Shown here piece by piece: positions 61,844 through 64,000 of a stretch of DNA of 64,000 nucleotides. A program made the position numbers and the translations under genes. The notes under the pieces were generated by a model. It did not search any database, was not told where the DNA came from, and saw nothing but the letters and a program-made list of their open reading frames with translations. Source of the DNA: Macrostomum lignano. Lineage: Eukaryota. Location of the stretch: contig NIVC01000977.1 of NCBI GenBank assembly GCA_002269645.1, forward strand, positions 1 to 64,000, in the 5' to 3' direction. The first letter of the stretch is position 1, and each line of letters begins with the position of its first letter.

Positions 61844-63800
61844 GGGATCTGGGATTCGGGATCTGAGATTTGGGATCTGGGATTCGGGATCTGGGATTCG
61901 GGATCTGGGATTCGGGATCTGGGATTCGGGATCTGGGATTCGGGATCTGGGATTCGGGATCTGGGATTCGGGATCTGGGATTCGGGATCTGGGATTCGGG
62001 ATTTGGGATTCGGGATCTGGGATTCGGGATCTGGGATTCGGGATCTGGGATTCGGGATCTGGGATTCGGGATCTGGGATTCGGGATCTGGGATTCGGGAT
62101 CTGGGATTCGGGATCTGGGATTCGGGATCTGGGATTCGGGATCTGGGATTCGGGATCTGGGATTCGGGATCTGGGATTCGGGATCTGGGATTCGGGATCT
62201 GGGATTCGGGATCTGGGATTCGGGATCTGGGATTCGGGATCTGGGATTCGGGATCTGGGATTCGGGATCTGGGATTCGGGATCTGGGATTCGGGATCTGG
62301 GATTCGGGATCTGGGATTCGGGATCTGGGATTCGGGATCTGGGATTCGGGATCTGGGATTCGGGATCTGGGATTCGGGATCTGGGATTCGGGATCTGGGA
62401 TTCGGGATCTGGGATTCGGGATCTGGGATTCGGGATCTGGGATTCGGGATCTGGGATTCGGGATCTGGGATTCGGGATCTGGGATTCGGGATCTGGGATT
62501 CGGGATCTGGGATTCGGGATCTGGGATTCGGGATCTGGGATTCGGGATCTGGGATTCGGGATCTGGGATTCGGGATCTGGGATTCGGGATCTGGGATTCG
62601 GGATCTGGGATTCGGGATCTGGGATTCGGGATCTGGGATTCGGGATCTGGGATTCGGGATCTGGGATTCGGGATCTGGGATTCGGGATCTGGGATTCGGG
62701 ATCTGGGATTCGGGATCTGGGATTCGGGATCTGGGATTCGGGATCTGGGATTCGGGATCTGGGATTCGGGATCTGGGATTCGGGATCTGGGATTCGGGAT
62801 CTGGGATTCGGGATCTGGGATTCGGGATCTGGGATTCGGGATCTGGGATTCGGGATCTGGGATTCGGGATCTGGGATTCGGGATCTGGGATTCGGGATCT
62901 GGGATTCGGGATCTGGGATTCGGGATCTGGGATTCGGGATCTGGGATTCGGGATCTGGGATTCGGGATCTGGGATTCGGGATCTGGGATTCGGGATCTGG
63001 GATTCGGGATCTGGGATTCGGGATCTGGGATTCGGGATCTGGGATTCGGGATCTGGGATTCGGGATCTGGGATTCGGGATCTGGGATTCGGGATCTGGGA
63101 TTCGGGATCTGGGATTCGGGATCTGGGATTCGGGATCTGGGATTCGGGATCTGGGATTCGGGATCTGGGATTCGGGATCTGGGATTCGGGATCTGGGATT
63201 CGGGATCTGGGATTCGGGATCTGGGATTCGGGATCTGGGATTCGGGATCTGGGATTCGGGATCTGGGATTCGGGATCTGGGATTCGGGATCTGGGATTCG
63301 GGATCTGGGATTCGGGATCTGGGATTCGGGATCTGGGATTCGGGATCTGGGATTCGGGATCTGGGATTCGGGATCTGGGATTCGGGATCTGGGATTCGGG
63401 ATCTGGGATTCGGGATCTGGGATTCGGGATCTGGGATTCGGGATCTGGGATTCGGGATCTGGGATTCGGGATCTGGGATTCGGGATCTGGGATTCGGGAT
63501 CTGGGATTCGGGATCTGGGATTCGGGATCTGGGATTCGGGATCTGGGATTCGGGATCTGGGATTCGGGATCTGGGATTCGGGATCTGGGATTCGGGATCT
63601 GGGATTCGGGATCTGGGATTCGGGATCTGGGATTCGGGATCTGGGATTCGGGATCTGGGATTCGGGATCTGGGATTCGGGATCTGAGATTCGGGATCTGA
63701 AATTCGGGATCTGGGATTCGGGATCTGGGATTCGGGATCTGAAATTCGGGATCTGAAATTCGGGATCTGAAATTCGGGATCTGGGATTCGGGATCTGGGA
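61844..63800. repeat. 14-bp (GGGATTCGGGATCT)n array, ~140 units, upstream of the zinc-finger gene B acceptor
   Basis: Almost invariant centre, with variants near the edges. Confidence 0.97.
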
Positions 63801-63908
63801 TCGGGGAGCTGAGATCGTCAATTAGGGATTTTGGATGGGGGACATGATTCGGCATAAAATGTCAGCTGGGAGAATAATAGGAGTTCTCCCCACCATGATG
63901 TGAATTAC

Positions 63909-63968
63909 CAATTTCCCAGGAGAGAGCTCGGCAGAGCGCACAGGCAGGGGAAGGAAAGCGTCTGTTTC
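63909..63968 (-). other. Candidate upstream (probably non-coding) exon of zinc-finger gene B
   Basis: Minus-strand donor TTG|GTAATT at ~63909 and a candidate acceptor AATCGCAG upstream; no ATG in between. Confidence 0.3.
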
Positions 63969-64000
63969 TGCGATTAATTTCTCAAAACTCAATCGAAGCA

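Noticed and set aside
57764-63855. ORFs of 300-929 aa made of GDLGS, IWDLG and SRIPDPE repeats
   Set aside because: Products of the 14- and 15-bp arrays; only the non-repeat 3' part of ORF 61066-63855 is real coding sequence (zinc-finger gene B).

Overview
Eukaryotic (metazoan) genomic DNA with GT-AG introns, GC-rich exons, AT-rich spacers and very many minisatellites. This composition resembles the flatworm Macrostomum (inference only). Layout: (1) 1-13113, three non-autonomous Helitron-like elements joined head-to-tail (CTAG|TC), each carrying a different 23-24 bp satellite array; the two complete ones have a tRNA-like Pol III B-box just upstream of the array. (2) A 299-bp hAT-type MITE with an 8-bp target-site duplication (TSD). 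(3) Three co-oriented genes: DNAJC7, a GDPD1/3-type lysophospholipase D and PDIA3/ERp57 (one-base frameshift in exon 2); most large introns hold their own minisatellite. (4) A very young full-length Ty3/Gypsy (CsRn1-like) LTR retrotransposon with a 4-bp TSD, a -1 frameshift signal, TG...AA termini and a Gly-to-Lys change in a conserved RT motif. (5) A repeat-rich stretch (40.9-51.5 kb) with a ~960-bp tandem duplication that may be an assembly artefact. (6) Two convergent paralogous C2H2 zinc-finger genes sharing a 426-bp, ~99% identical inverted block; the minus-strand copy has two frame breaks. Most long ORFs in the supplied track are repeat artefacts. All coordinates and counts were read by eye, and repeat-array edges are approximate.
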